From the NCBI GenBank assembly GCA_029855935.1, contig JAGSHN010000027.1, positions 1 to 64,000 on the forward strand: a stretch of 64,000 bases of DNA. Direction: 5' to 3'. Within the stretch, counting starts at the first letter, position 1. Each line of letters begins with the position of its first letter. Below, piece by piece: positions 36,806 through 45,693 of the stretch. The DNA is from Candidatus Thorarchaeota archaeon (lineage in GTDB: Archaea; Asgardarchaeota; Thorarchaeia; Thorarchaeales; Thorarchaeaceae). The notes beneath the pieces were generated by a model that saw only the letters and a list, made by a program, of their open reading frames with translations, searched no databases and was not told the DNA's origin. The translations under genes were made by a program, and so were the position numbers.

Positions 36806-37641
36806 ATAGCAACATCCTCGACGAACTCGTCCGTGGAGAGAGGAATCTCGGTGAGGCCGAGGCTCTGGACCTGATAGATGAGCTGAGTGGTCTGTACAAG
36901 AAACTGGACAATGTCGTCGAAATCCCTGACAGTGGCATTGTGTTTGTCGGCGACCTCCACGGAGAGCTCGAACAGGCACAGAAGGTAGCAAGGCGATACA
37001 TACGGAGGTATCACGTGGTGTTTCTCGGAGACTACGGCGATCGTGGTCCGAAACAAGTTGAGACCGTCAATCTCGTTGTGGCAATGGCAGTGACCCATCC
37101 CGACCGGGTGACTATGCTGCGTGGTAATCACGAGACGAAGAGCGTGGCCGAGTGGTACGGCCTCTTCGGTGCGGTCTCCGAGGCCTACTCAAGGGAGGTC
37201 TTCGAGGAATACTGCCGCGCGTTCGAGACCCTGCCGCTGGCGGCGATAAATAGCAGGGGAGTGTTCTGCTGCCACGGTGGGGTGCCAGAGGGTGTGACAT
37301 CACTTGCGGACCTTATGGGGGTCAACAGATTCCAGGTCGATCCCACGGACCCCATCGTTCTGCAGATTCTGTGGAACGACCCCAGAGAGGGCGACTTCGC
37401 CTTTATGCAGAACCTGCGCGGAGGCGAGAGCAGATACTTCGGCAGGATGGCCTTTGAGGAGTTCAGGAGAAACCTCGGGATTGACCTGATCGTCCGTGCT
37501 CACGAGGTCCATCCGAACGGCTACATCTGGCTGTTCGACAACCATCTACTCTCAGTGTTCAGTGCCACATATCTTGGCCGTGTGAGTCCAAAGGTTGCGG
37601 TCATTGACAAGAAGGGGCAGATCAAGTTGGACAATCTGTGA
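36802..37641 (+). CDS. PPP-family serine/threonine protein phosphatase
   Basis: GDLHG, GDYGDRG, RGNHE, HGG, LWNDP, RAHE, SVFSA. TTG start overlapping the upstream stop. Confidence 0.92.
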   Translation: MNSNILDELVRGERNLGEAEALDLIDELSGLYKKLDNVVEIPDSGIVFVGDLHGELEQAQKVARRYIRRYHVVFLGDYGDRGPKQVETVNLVVAMAVTHPDRVTMLRGNHETKSVAEWYGLFGAVSEAYSREVFEEYCRAFETLPLAAINSRGVFCCHGGVPEGVTSLADLMGVNRFQVDPTDPIVLQILWNDPREGDFAFMQNLRGGESRYFGRMAFEEFRRNLGIDLIVRAHEVHPNGYIWLFDNHLLSVFSATYLGRVSPKVAVIDKKGQIKLDNL

Positions 37642-37730
37642 GAGGTATGTCGTGAGTCACGTGTAAGGACTGATGAGAGTCGTGGGAGGGGAAGGATTTA
37701 TTCAGTCGTCAGTGAAGGGAAACGAACTCT

Positions 37731-40553
37731 ATGAGCGGTAAGATCATCCTGATTCCACACACCCACTGGGACAGAGAGTGGTACGAGCCCTTTCAGAGGT
37801 TCCGAGCAAGGCTCGTTCGGCTCATAGATGACCTTCTCGACATTCTCCGGACTCAGGACTACAGATTCATGCTCGACGGTCAGACTGTCATCATAGAGGA
37901 CTATGCAGAGATTCGGCCCAATAGAGTCGAGGAACTACTCCAAGAGGTCCGTGCCGGTCGGGTGGCAATTGGCCCATGGTACGTCCTCGCCGATGAGTGG
38001 CTCGTCGGGGGAGAGAGCCTCATTCGAAATCTGGAGTACAGCTACTCGCTTGCCCAACGGCTCGATATCCCGTTGATGGGAGCCGCGTACCTCCCTGACC
38101 AGTTCGGTCACACAAGCGCCATGCCTCAGATCTTGGCGGACCTGACATCACTGGACAGCGTTGTTCTGTGGAGAGGTGTTCCAAGAGACATCCTCACCGT
38201 CCCGTTTGTCTGGAGATCTCACCGTGAATCTGAGGCCAGCGTTCTTGGCGTCTATATGCCCAATGGCTATGGGAACGTCGCCCGTCTTCCAGAGGACTAT
38301 GAGGAGTTCAAGGAACGAGTCCACGAGACTGTTGGAGATCTGCGACCGTTCTCTCCCGTCCCCGTCTATCAGCTGATGAACGGGTCGGACCATCTGACGC
38401 CACAGGCCTTTGTGGCCTCGCACGTTGAGGCCCTGAGAGAGGAGGGCGTTGACATCACTCTCGGTAGCGTCGAGGACTTCGTGCTTGCTCTGAGAGAGGC
38501 CATCGAGTCCGAGGGCTACACTCCGCCCTCATTCAGTGGCGAGATGCGCTCTCCTGCCAGAGCACCGCTACTGCAGGACACGTACTCAGCACGGATGTGG
38601 ATCAAACTGTGGAACCAGCGTGTCGAGGACCTCCTGTGCAGGGAGGCCGAGCCACTCAGCACGTACCTGTGGCTCTATCTCGAACGAGAATTTCCCTCCC
38701 AGCACCTGCTGACGGCGTGGAAGTGGCTCCTCAGAAATCACCCCCACGACTCAATCTGCGGGTGCTCTATCGACAGAACGCACGAGGAGATGCGGACGCG
38801 ATTCTCATGGGCTGAGAGTATCGCTGAGAGCATCATCGACAGTGCCATCGAGGAACTGACGGAGGCATCGCCGACCTCGGACACTTCCTCCATCCTGGTG
38901 TTCAATCCCACCAATGTCGATACCGAGCCGCTGTACGTCGAGTTCACACAGCCTCAGGAGGTACGTGTGAGGGGAGTTAGAGGCCCTGATGGTAGGGTCT
39001 ATCCTGTCCAGAAGATTGTATCGAGCAGCGATGTCTTTATGGACATGACAATTGGTCTCAGAATGGCCCGTATGGGACTGAGGCTGCTCACGGGCAGAAG
39101 GCTCACCAACTTCTACATCAATGGTGCGGAATACTACGATGGTGACAAGGAGGGTCTGCTCGAGCTCCGACTCATCGCTGACATGGAGCCCCTCGGAGAG
39201 TTCGACATAGCAGAGATGAAACAGAGATTCGTCGAGATCATAGAGAGCGGTCGCTACAAGAAGGTGCATCTTGTGGCGAGAAGGCCTACGCAGGTCAGGT
39301 ACGCAGCAGCTCTCCCGCTTCCAGCCCTTGCGTTCTCGGAACTGAGGCCGACAGAAGAGGACCCAGACGCCGATAGCGGATCTCAAGTTGTCACCACCAG
39401 AGACAGGGTGACCAACCAGTTCTATGAGGTCGAGTTCAACCGAGACGGGAGCATCAGCCTGCTCGACAAAGCCAGCGGCCAGCTCTTCGATAGGATGCAC
39501 TTCTTCGAGGACTACGGCGACAGAGGAGACGAGTACACGTGCAGTCAAGTAGGTCCCGAGAGGGCCAAGGTCAAGAGAGTCAGGCGCGAGGTCCTGCTGG
39601 CGGGACCAGCAATTGGCGAGATACATCAGGAACTCGTTGTCGAGGTGTTTGCAGGCCTTGACGAGAGCAGAGAGAAACGGTCGGGTAGGACTCAGCTGAC
39701 CATTGAGAGCACGTTCAGATTCTATGCGGACTCGCCGAGGATAGATGTGGTCACAAGACTCACCAATACCGCCAAGGACCACAGACTCAGAGTGTGCTTC
39801 GACCTCCCATTCAGCTCCAGCACAACAGAGACGTCTACACACTTCGGATATGTTGTCAGGAGGGGCGAGGCCGAAGAGATACCCGGGCCTGAAGAGCTCG
39901 AGAGGACACACGCATCATACCCCGAACACCCGTCACCAGTACAGCCCCAGAAGCGCTTCATCCGTGTCAGCGACGCGGACGGGGTCAACGCCGTGACAGT
40001 CTACAACAAGGGATTGCACGAGGTGGCGCTTGTCAACGGAGAGAGAATCGCACTAACACTTCTGCGGGCCGTCGGCTGGCTCTCGAGGTCGGACTTTCCT
40101 GAGAGGCCGGTACATGCAGGCCCCGCAGAGGAAACACCCGGCGCGCAGGAGTTGGGAGTTGAGTACGTCTTTCACTACGGATTCGCTGTCCATCCTCGCG
40201 AGCTGCCGATTGTGGTCAGTGCCGACTACGGTGATTCGCTTGCAGGACCCATTCTTTCTATCTCTCTCAACAGACGGCGACCTCCGCGCCAGATTCTAGA
40301 GCCCATTGTTCGACTCTCAAACAGGGCGATCAGGATATCGTCACTGCGCGTCCGTGACGACGGACTTGTGGTCACGATGTACAATGTGACCCCCCGACCT
40401 CAAGAGACAGAGATCATCCTACCGCCTGGCCGGTTCGGTCGCATCGAGTCGATTCTCGTCGACGGAACAGTGAGAGAGAGCTTCGACATTGCTGACAACG
40501 CTGTGACACTGAGGTTTACACCAAGACAGATACGTATGTGTCGGCTCGTCTAG
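37731..40553 (+). CDS. GH38 alpha-mannosidase
   Basis: HTHWDREW, LDGQ, GPWY, PDQFGH, HDSICGCS, TLLRAVG. Confidence 0.93.
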   Translation: MSGKIILIPHTHWDREWYEPFQRFRARLVRLIDDLLDILRTQDYRFMLDGQTVIIEDYAEIRPNRVEELLQEVRAGRVAIGPWYVLADEWLVGGESLIRNLEYSYSLAQRLDIPLMGAAYLPDQFGHTSAMPQILADLTSLDSVVLWRGVPRDILTVPFVWRSHRESEASVLGVYMPNGYGNVARLPEDYEEFKERVHETVGDLRPFSPVPVYQLMNGSDHLTPQAFVASHVEALREEGVDITLGSVEDFVLALREAIESEGYTPPSFSGEMRSPARAPLLQDTYSARMWIKLWNQRVEDLLCREAEPLSTYLWLYLEREFPSQHLLTAWKWLLRNHPHDSICGCSIDRTHEEMRTRFSWAESIAESIIDSAIEELTEASPTSDTSSILVFNPTNVDTEPLYVEFTQPQEVRVRGVRGPDGRVYPVQKIVSSSDVFMDMTIGLRMARMGLRLLTGRRLTNFYINGAEYYDGDKEGLLELRLIADMEPLGEFDIAEMKQRFVEIIESGRYKKVHLVARRPTQVRYAAALPLPALAFSELRPTEEDPDADSGSQVVTTRDRVTNQFYEVEFNRDGSISLLDKASGQLFDRMHFFEDYGDRGDEYTCSQVGPERAKVKRVRREVLLAGPAIGEIHQELVVEVFAGLDESREKRSGRTQLTIESTFRFYADSPRIDVVTRLTNTAKDHRLRVCFDLPFSSSTTETSTHFGYVVRRGEAEEIPGPEELERTHASYPEHPSPVQPQKRFIRVSDADGVNAVTVYNKGLHEVALVNGERIALTLLRAVGWLSRSDFPERPVHAGPAEETPGAQELGVEYVFHYGFAVHPRELPIVVSADYGDSLAGPILSISLNRRRPPRQILEPIVRLSNRAIRISSLRVRDDGLVVTMYNVTPRPQETEIILPPGRFGRIESILVDGTVRESFDIADNAVTLRFTPRQIRMCRLV

Positions 40554-40651
40554 CGAGGAGCCTAGACCGCTATGGAGTTACGTTCATAAAGGCTAACCGT
40601 GCGAGAGGAGCAGAGCAGCTCCCAGACTCAACATGGCCGAGATGAAACAGG

Positions 40652-41734
40652 ATGGTTAAGGTCGCTGTGGTGAAGACCACACCCAAGACTGTATTTGACG
40701 ACATTGCGCGTGCGATGGACCTTGCAGAGTATCAGAAGTATATTGACAAGAATGTCGTCACCACGATAAAGCTGAACCTCTCGTGGAGCAAGTTCTTCCC
40801 AGCGTGCTCGACAAACCCCTACATCCTCGACGGTTTTCTCCGCAAGCTGATCAGTGACGGCTACGAGGCGAGAAGGATTCAGGCCGTTGAGAACGAGACG
40901 GTAGTGACCAACATCTATCAGGGTGTCAGAGGGAACAACTGGTATCCCGTCTTCAGGAAACACAGGATACGTTTCCTCCCGCTGATCAAGGCGACCTACG
41001 TGCCTGTCAAGCTGCCGCAGAAGACCATCGCTCTTGAGGACATCTTCGGGGAGGTCATCGCCCCAAAGGAGATCTTTGGCACGAACATCGTCCATCTTCC
41101 CACAGTCAAGACGCACGGTCACAGCCAGATGACAGGAGCGCTCAAAGACTCCTTCGGCCTATACTTGACAAAGAACCGGCATCTTGCCCATCTCAAGATC
41201 CATGAGGTCCTTGTGGACCTGCTACTCCTTCAGAAGACAATCTCCCACTCGGAGTTTGTGCTCACTGATGGGACGATAGTGGGCGACGGTCCCGGCCCAA
41301 GGACGATGATACCGAAGGTCGGCAACATCCTGATAGCAACTCACGACATGGTGGCAGCTGACACTGTTCAGACGCGAATAATGGGCATTGACCAGCGTCT
41401 TGTCCGGAAGCTCCAGATTGCAAAGGAGCTCGGCCTGGGCGAGGCCGACCCGAACAAGATAGAGCTCGTCGGCGATTTCGAGTCCTGGGAGGATCTGCCG
41501 AACTTCCACTTGAGCCCAGGACAGAGCCCGGTCATTGCTTGGAACAGGGGTTTCCTGAGGTTTCCCGGCATGGAGTGGCTTCTGTTCAGGTCACCACTGA
41601 TGTGGCTCCCCACTCAGCTGTCAGCACTCTATCACGACGGGCTGTGGTATCCCTTGAAGGGTAAGAGATGGGTGAATTGGTTCTTCAAGGAAACCGAGTG
41701 GGGGAAGCTGTGGAAGAGCTACTCGGAGGAGTAG
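40652..41734 (+). CDS. DUF362 family protein
   Basis: IKLNL, LPTVKTH, TGALK, DGPGP, DMVAAD motifs. Confidence 0.8.
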   Translation: MVKVAVVKTTPKTVFDDIARAMDLAEYQKYIDKNVVTTIKLNLSWSKFFPACSTNPYILDGFLRKLISDGYEARRIQAVENETVVTNIYQGVRGNNWYPVFRKHRIRFLPLIKATYVPVKLPQKTIALEDIFGEVIAPKEIFGTNIVHLPTVKTHGHSQMTGALKDSFGLYLTKNRHLAHLKIHEVLVDLLLLQKTISHSEFVLTDGTIVGDGPGPRTMIPKVGNILIATHDMVAADTVQTRIMGIDQRLVRKLQIAKELGLGEADPNKIELVGDFESWEDLPNFHLSPGQSPVIAWNRGFLRFPGMEWLLFRSPLMWLPTQLSALYHDGLWYPLKGKRWVNWFFKETEWGKLWKSYSEE

Positions 41735-41741
41735 AGGTCGT

Positions 41742-42698
41742 ATGGGACTCCGAAACTACGTTCAGCTGATGCGCCCGTGGCAGTGGTACAAGAACCTGCT
41801 AGTGTTCCTCGCGGTCATATTTGTTGACATCCCCCACGAGTGGCCCTGGGACAAGACGCCGGCAATCTTCCAGTGGCACTACTATCCGCCGCTGATTCTG
41901 GGCTTCATCGCACTGTGCGCGGTATCAAGTGCAGGATACATAATCAATGACATAAAAGACATAGAGAGAGATGCGGCCCACCCGGAGAAGAGAAATAGGC
42001 CTCTGCCGTCTGGCGAGGTGAGCAAGAACACTGCGCTCGCTTTTGCGTTGATCCTGATGATAGGAGGGCTAACACTCGCATACGCTCTGGACACCGTCTT
42101 TCTGATGCTCGTCATCCTCTACATCATCAACTCACAGCTCTACAACCTGTTCCTCAGAAAGTGGGCAGTCATAGACGTGATCACGATTGCAGTTGGGTTC
42201 ATCATCCGAGCGATAGCAGGAACATTCCTCATACACGTTCCCTTCACTTCTTGGCTGGTGATAGGGGTCTTCTTCTTCGCGCTCGTGCTGGGCTTCGGCA
42301 AACGCAAGAACGAACTGCAGCTCCTCGGGGAGGATGCAGCCATTCACAAACCGGTCTTCCAGCAGTACACTGAGACGATGCTCGACCACGGAATCACAAT
42401 GTCAGCCACGTGGGTACTCTTCTTCTATACGTTCTACTGCTACGAGAACTTCAAGGACGTGATGCAGGCCCAGCCTGTACTCCTCACAGTGCCAGTCGTG
42501 GCGGGGATACTGCTGCGCTACGTCTATCTCGTCTTTGCGGGTAGTCCCGTTGGTCGCAACCCGCACCTCGCGCTGCGGGACAAGGGAATTGCGCTGGGCG
42601 TGATTATCTATGGCATCACACTGTTGTGGACTGTCTTCTTCTGGCAACCAATCTTCGAGTTTTTCTACGACCTGTTCCCACCTCTGTTCCCCCCCTGA
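41742..42698 (+). CDS. UbiA-family polyprenyl-phosphate phosphoribosyltransferase (DPPR synthase-like)
   Basis: MRPWQWYKNLLVF, YIINDIKDIERDAAHPEKRNRP, IDV, GKRKNE. Confidence 0.9.
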   Translation: MGLRNYVQLMRPWQWYKNLLVFLAVIFVDIPHEWPWDKTPAIFQWHYYPPLILGFIALCAVSSAGYIINDIKDIERDAAHPEKRNRPLPSGEVSKNTALAFALILMIGGLTLAYALDTVFLMLVILYIINSQLYNLFLRKWAVIDVITIAVGFIIRAIAGTFLIHVPFTSWLVIGVFFFALVLGFGKRKNELQLLGEDAAIHKPVFQQYTETMLDHGITMSATWVLFFYTFYCYENFKDVMQAQPVLLTVPVVAGILLRYVYLVFAGSPVGRNPHLALRDKGIALGVIIYGITLLWTVFFWQPIFEFFYDLFPPLFPP

Positions 42699-42702
42699 TG
42701 TG

Positions 42703-43386
42703 ATGGTGACGCCATTGACACGCAGACTCTCAGCCTTCGACCTGCACACGCACACTATCCACTCCAAGGACGGACTCACTCCGCCAAGGGATCTCTTCAA
42801 GATAATGCGGAGGAAGAAGCTGCGTGGCGTCGCTGTCACGGAACACATCCGGCCGTCATTCACACGGCCCATCGTGCGCGAGAACAAGTTCCTCATCCCG
42901 GGATGTGAGCACAAGTCGTCAGACTACGGCGAGATCATAGGCCTCTTTGTGACAGAGCGTGTGGAGAACAAGACGTTCGTAGAGATTGCCGAGGACCTCC
43001 ACGACCAGAACGCGCTCACCGTCCTCCCACATCCCCGAGATCCATTGAGAAAATACACAGCACTTCGTCGAGGACTTCCTGACGCGCTGATTGTCAAGCA
43101 TATCGACCTCGTCGAGGGGATAAACTCGCGTTGTGTGCTGCCATCCTTCAACAGAAGTGCGCAGCGGCTTGCGAGACGCCTGGGAAAGCCTATGACGGCA
43201 GGCAGCGATGGTCACAGCTTTCTAGAGATAGGCCACGCTAGGACGTGGCTCGCCGACGTAGAGAGCGTTGACGACATCTACGAGGAGCTGAAGGCTGGCA
43301 GAACCTGGATCTCGGGCCGGCCATCGTTCCCACTGTGGCAGGTGCCAACGATGATGTGGCAGAGGCTGAGGAGGTTCGCTCATTGA
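42703..43386 (+). CDS. PHP-domain phosphoesterase
   Basis: DLHTHTIHSKDG, VTEH, PGCE, PHP, GSDGH. Start at ATG 42703. Confidence 0.9.
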   Translation: MVTPLTRRLSAFDLHTHTIHSKDGLTPPRDLFKIMRRKKLRGVAVTEHIRPSFTRPIVRENKFLIPGCEHKSSDYGEIIGLFVTERVENKTFVEIAEDLHDQNALTVLPHPRDPLRKYTALRRGLPDALIVKHIDLVEGINSRCVLPSFNRSAQRLARRLGKPMTAGSDGHSFLEIGHARTWLADVESVDDIYEELKAGRTWISGRPSFPLWQVPTMMWQRLRRFAH

Positions 43387-44438
43387 ACGAGACAGACAAC
43401 ACGACAAGAGAGTCCTTCATCAGTGTTCACAAGCTTGTGCTGTTCGTCATTGCGGGCGTGGCGGTCTATCTGGCCATCGGCCTGTATGGCAAGTTTGACC
43501 AGATCGCAGCCGCGATCAACAGCATTCCGTGGTACTGGGTGGTCCCCGCTATGATGGGGCTCTCATTCCTCAACTACGCAATAAGATTCATCAAGTGGCA
43601 ATACTATCTGCACAGGATCGGTGTCAACCTCTCCAACTCCGACTCGTTCAGCGTCTTCCTCGCGGGATTCACTCTGACCGCGACCCCCGGAAAGATTGGC
43701 GAGGCGGTCAAGGGGGTCTTCATCAATAGACTCGACGGCACACAGCTCGCCAAGACTGTCCCCGTCGTCGTCTCCGAGCGTGTCACTGACCTGCTGGCTA
43801 TGATCATTCTTGCGGCGCTGGGATTCATCTTTGGTCTCTCCGGCGGCGAGCAGATGTACCTTCTGCTCCTCCTCGGGGCCGTGGCCCTCGTGGGCGCTTT
43901 GATCCTCGGTCATAGCGCGTTCTATCAGAGATTCGTTAAGAAGATGGTCTCTTTTGGGCCACTGAAGAGGTTTCAGGACAGCTGCGATGTGATCGAGAAC
44001 ACGATGGTCCGCACGTTGGGGCCGCGCCCGATGGTTCTTGCCACTGCAGTGAGCATACCCGGTTGGTTCATGGAATGCCTCGAGCTGTGGCTCCTTCTCA
44101 GCCTTCTCTCCGGTGCAGGACTGCCATCGCTGACACCTGCCTCGCTGCTGCTACTGGCGCAGACGACCTTCATCCACGCGGCTGCGTCGACCGTCGGAGC
44201 TCTGCTCTTCTTCCTACCTGGCGGTCTTGGCGGATACGAGCCATTCGCGATATACGTGATGGAGTTCGTACTAGGTCTCACTGCATCGGTCGCGGGCGCA
44301 GCGACAATACTGATCCGCTTTGTCACACTCTGGTTCAGTGTGATGGTCGGCTTCGTTGCGGCTGGGATTGTTACAAGGAGGGCACGTTCCAACAGGCCTG
44401 CTCCTGAGAGCGACAGCCGAGAGGACGACACGGTCTGA
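43383..44438 (+). CDS. Lysylphosphatidylglycerol-synthase TM / flippase-like (UPF0104) protein
   Basis: RFIKW, TPGKIGE, ERVTD, PGGLGGYE, IRFVTLW. Probable TTG start overlapping the PHP stop. Confidence 0.88.
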   Translation: MNETDNTTRESFISVHKLVLFVIAGVAVYLAIGLYGKFDQIAAAINSIPWYWVVPAMMGLSFLNYAIRFIKWQYYLHRIGVNLSNSDSFSVFLAGFTLTATPGKIGEAVKGVFINRLDGTQLAKTVPVVVSERVTDLLAMIILAALGFIFGLSGGEQMYLLLLLGAVALVGALILGHSAFYQRFVKKMVSFGPLKRFQDSCDVIENTMVRTLGPRPMVLATAVSIPGWFMECLELWLLLSLLSGAGLPSLTPASLLLLAQTTFIHAAASTVGALLFFLPGGLGGYEPFAIYVMEFVLGLTASVAGAATILIRFVTLWFSVMVGFVAAGIVTRRARSNRPAPESDSREDDTV

Positions 44439-44521
44439 TGTGCTGGCACTTCGAATAAGTCTCTTCGCTGCTGGCACCACGCTTAAAACGCAAACGCCGC
44501 AACAGGGAACGGGTGAGCAGA

Positions 44522-45541
44522 ATGGCAGACCCGTATGAGATAGCAGCCAGCAACGCCGAAGAGATCGTCACCGAAGAGGAGATTCGCAAGATCCTCGACA
44601 GCGGAGAGGGTTTCAATTTCTACTATGGGACAGCACCAACGGGACCATTCCATTTCGCCTATCTCATACCTCTCAACAAGCTGGTTCAGTTGACCGAGAT
44701 AGGGGGACGTGGCACCATCCTGCTTGCCGACTATCACGCTCACCTCGACGACCGCAAGACAAGCTTCGAGGAGATGGACCTGCGTTCCAAGTACTACGAG
44801 GAGTGCATAAGGGGTGTTCTCGGCGAGCACGCCAACAGGCTCGCGTTCGTGAGAGGCTCCTCATATCAGCACAAGAGAGACTACGTAGAGGATCTATACA
44901 AGATTGCAGCCCGCGTCACGACAAAGAGAGCATTGAGAGCTGCAAGCGAGGTGGTCCGCATCAGGGGAGATGCCAAGGTCTCGGAACTCATGTACCCGCT
45001 TCTTCAGATCCTCGATGTCAAGTATCTGAAGGCGGACATTACCGTCGGCGGCATCGACCAGCGGAATATCTACATGCTCGGTCGAGAGGTCCTCGAGACC
45101 GTCGGCTACAAGAAGGGGGCCTACATCTTCATGCCACTACTGCCGTCACTACGTGGTGGCGGACAGAAGATGTCTGCGAGTGACCCGCTCTCACACATCC
45201 GCGTGACCGACTCGCCTGAGGAGATACGGACGACAATAAGAAAGGCCTACTGTCCTGCAGGCGTCCTTGAGCAGAACCCGATAACCGCGACCGTTCGATA
45301 CATCCTGATGCCCAGGTTTGGAAAGATACTGATTCGACGAAAGGAGAAGTTCGGGGGCGACATCGAGTTCGACTCTGTTGAGGAGTTTGAAAATGCCTAT
45401 GCAGACAAGGCCGTTCATCCTCTCGACCTGAAAGAGGCCGTGGCAGAGGGTCTGATTGAGCTTCTCAGGCCAGCGAGAGAGTACTTCGAGAAACACCCAG
45501 ACCTTCTCGAAGAGGTTGAGAAGACGTTTTCCCAGGAGTGA
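44522..45541 (+). CDS. tyrS: Tyrosine--tRNA ligase
   Basis: YYGTAPTGPFHFAY, ADYHA, YPLLQILD, GGIDQ, KMSAS, HPLDLK. TTAAAA about 35 nt upstream. Confidence 0.96.
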   Translation: MADPYEIAASNAEEIVTEEEIRKILDSGEGFNFYYGTAPTGPFHFAYLIPLNKLVQLTEIGGRGTILLADYHAHLDDRKTSFEEMDLRSKYYEECIRGVLGEHANRLAFVRGSSYQHKRDYVEDLYKIAARVTTKRALRAASEVVRIRGDAKVSELMYPLLQILDVKYLKADITVGGIDQRNIYMLGREVLETVGYKKGAYIFMPLLPSLRGGGQKMSASDPLSHIRVTDSPEEIRTTIRKAYCPAGVLEQNPITATVRYILMPRFGKILIRRKEKFGGDIEFDSVEEFENAYADKAVHPLDLKEAVAEGLIELLRPAREYFEKHPDLLEEVEKTFSQE

Positions 45542-45693
45542 GGAACTCCTCGTTCTGCATATCTCTTGCTGGAGGACCCAGCTGGAGAGACCAGAACCTC
45601 TCACTCATAGCGATGTACACCTGAGTGGAGGCGCGGCCGGGCCGGACACCCGCTTCGGGGCTCGACCCAGCCTTGCCAACTCCTCGCATCCAA

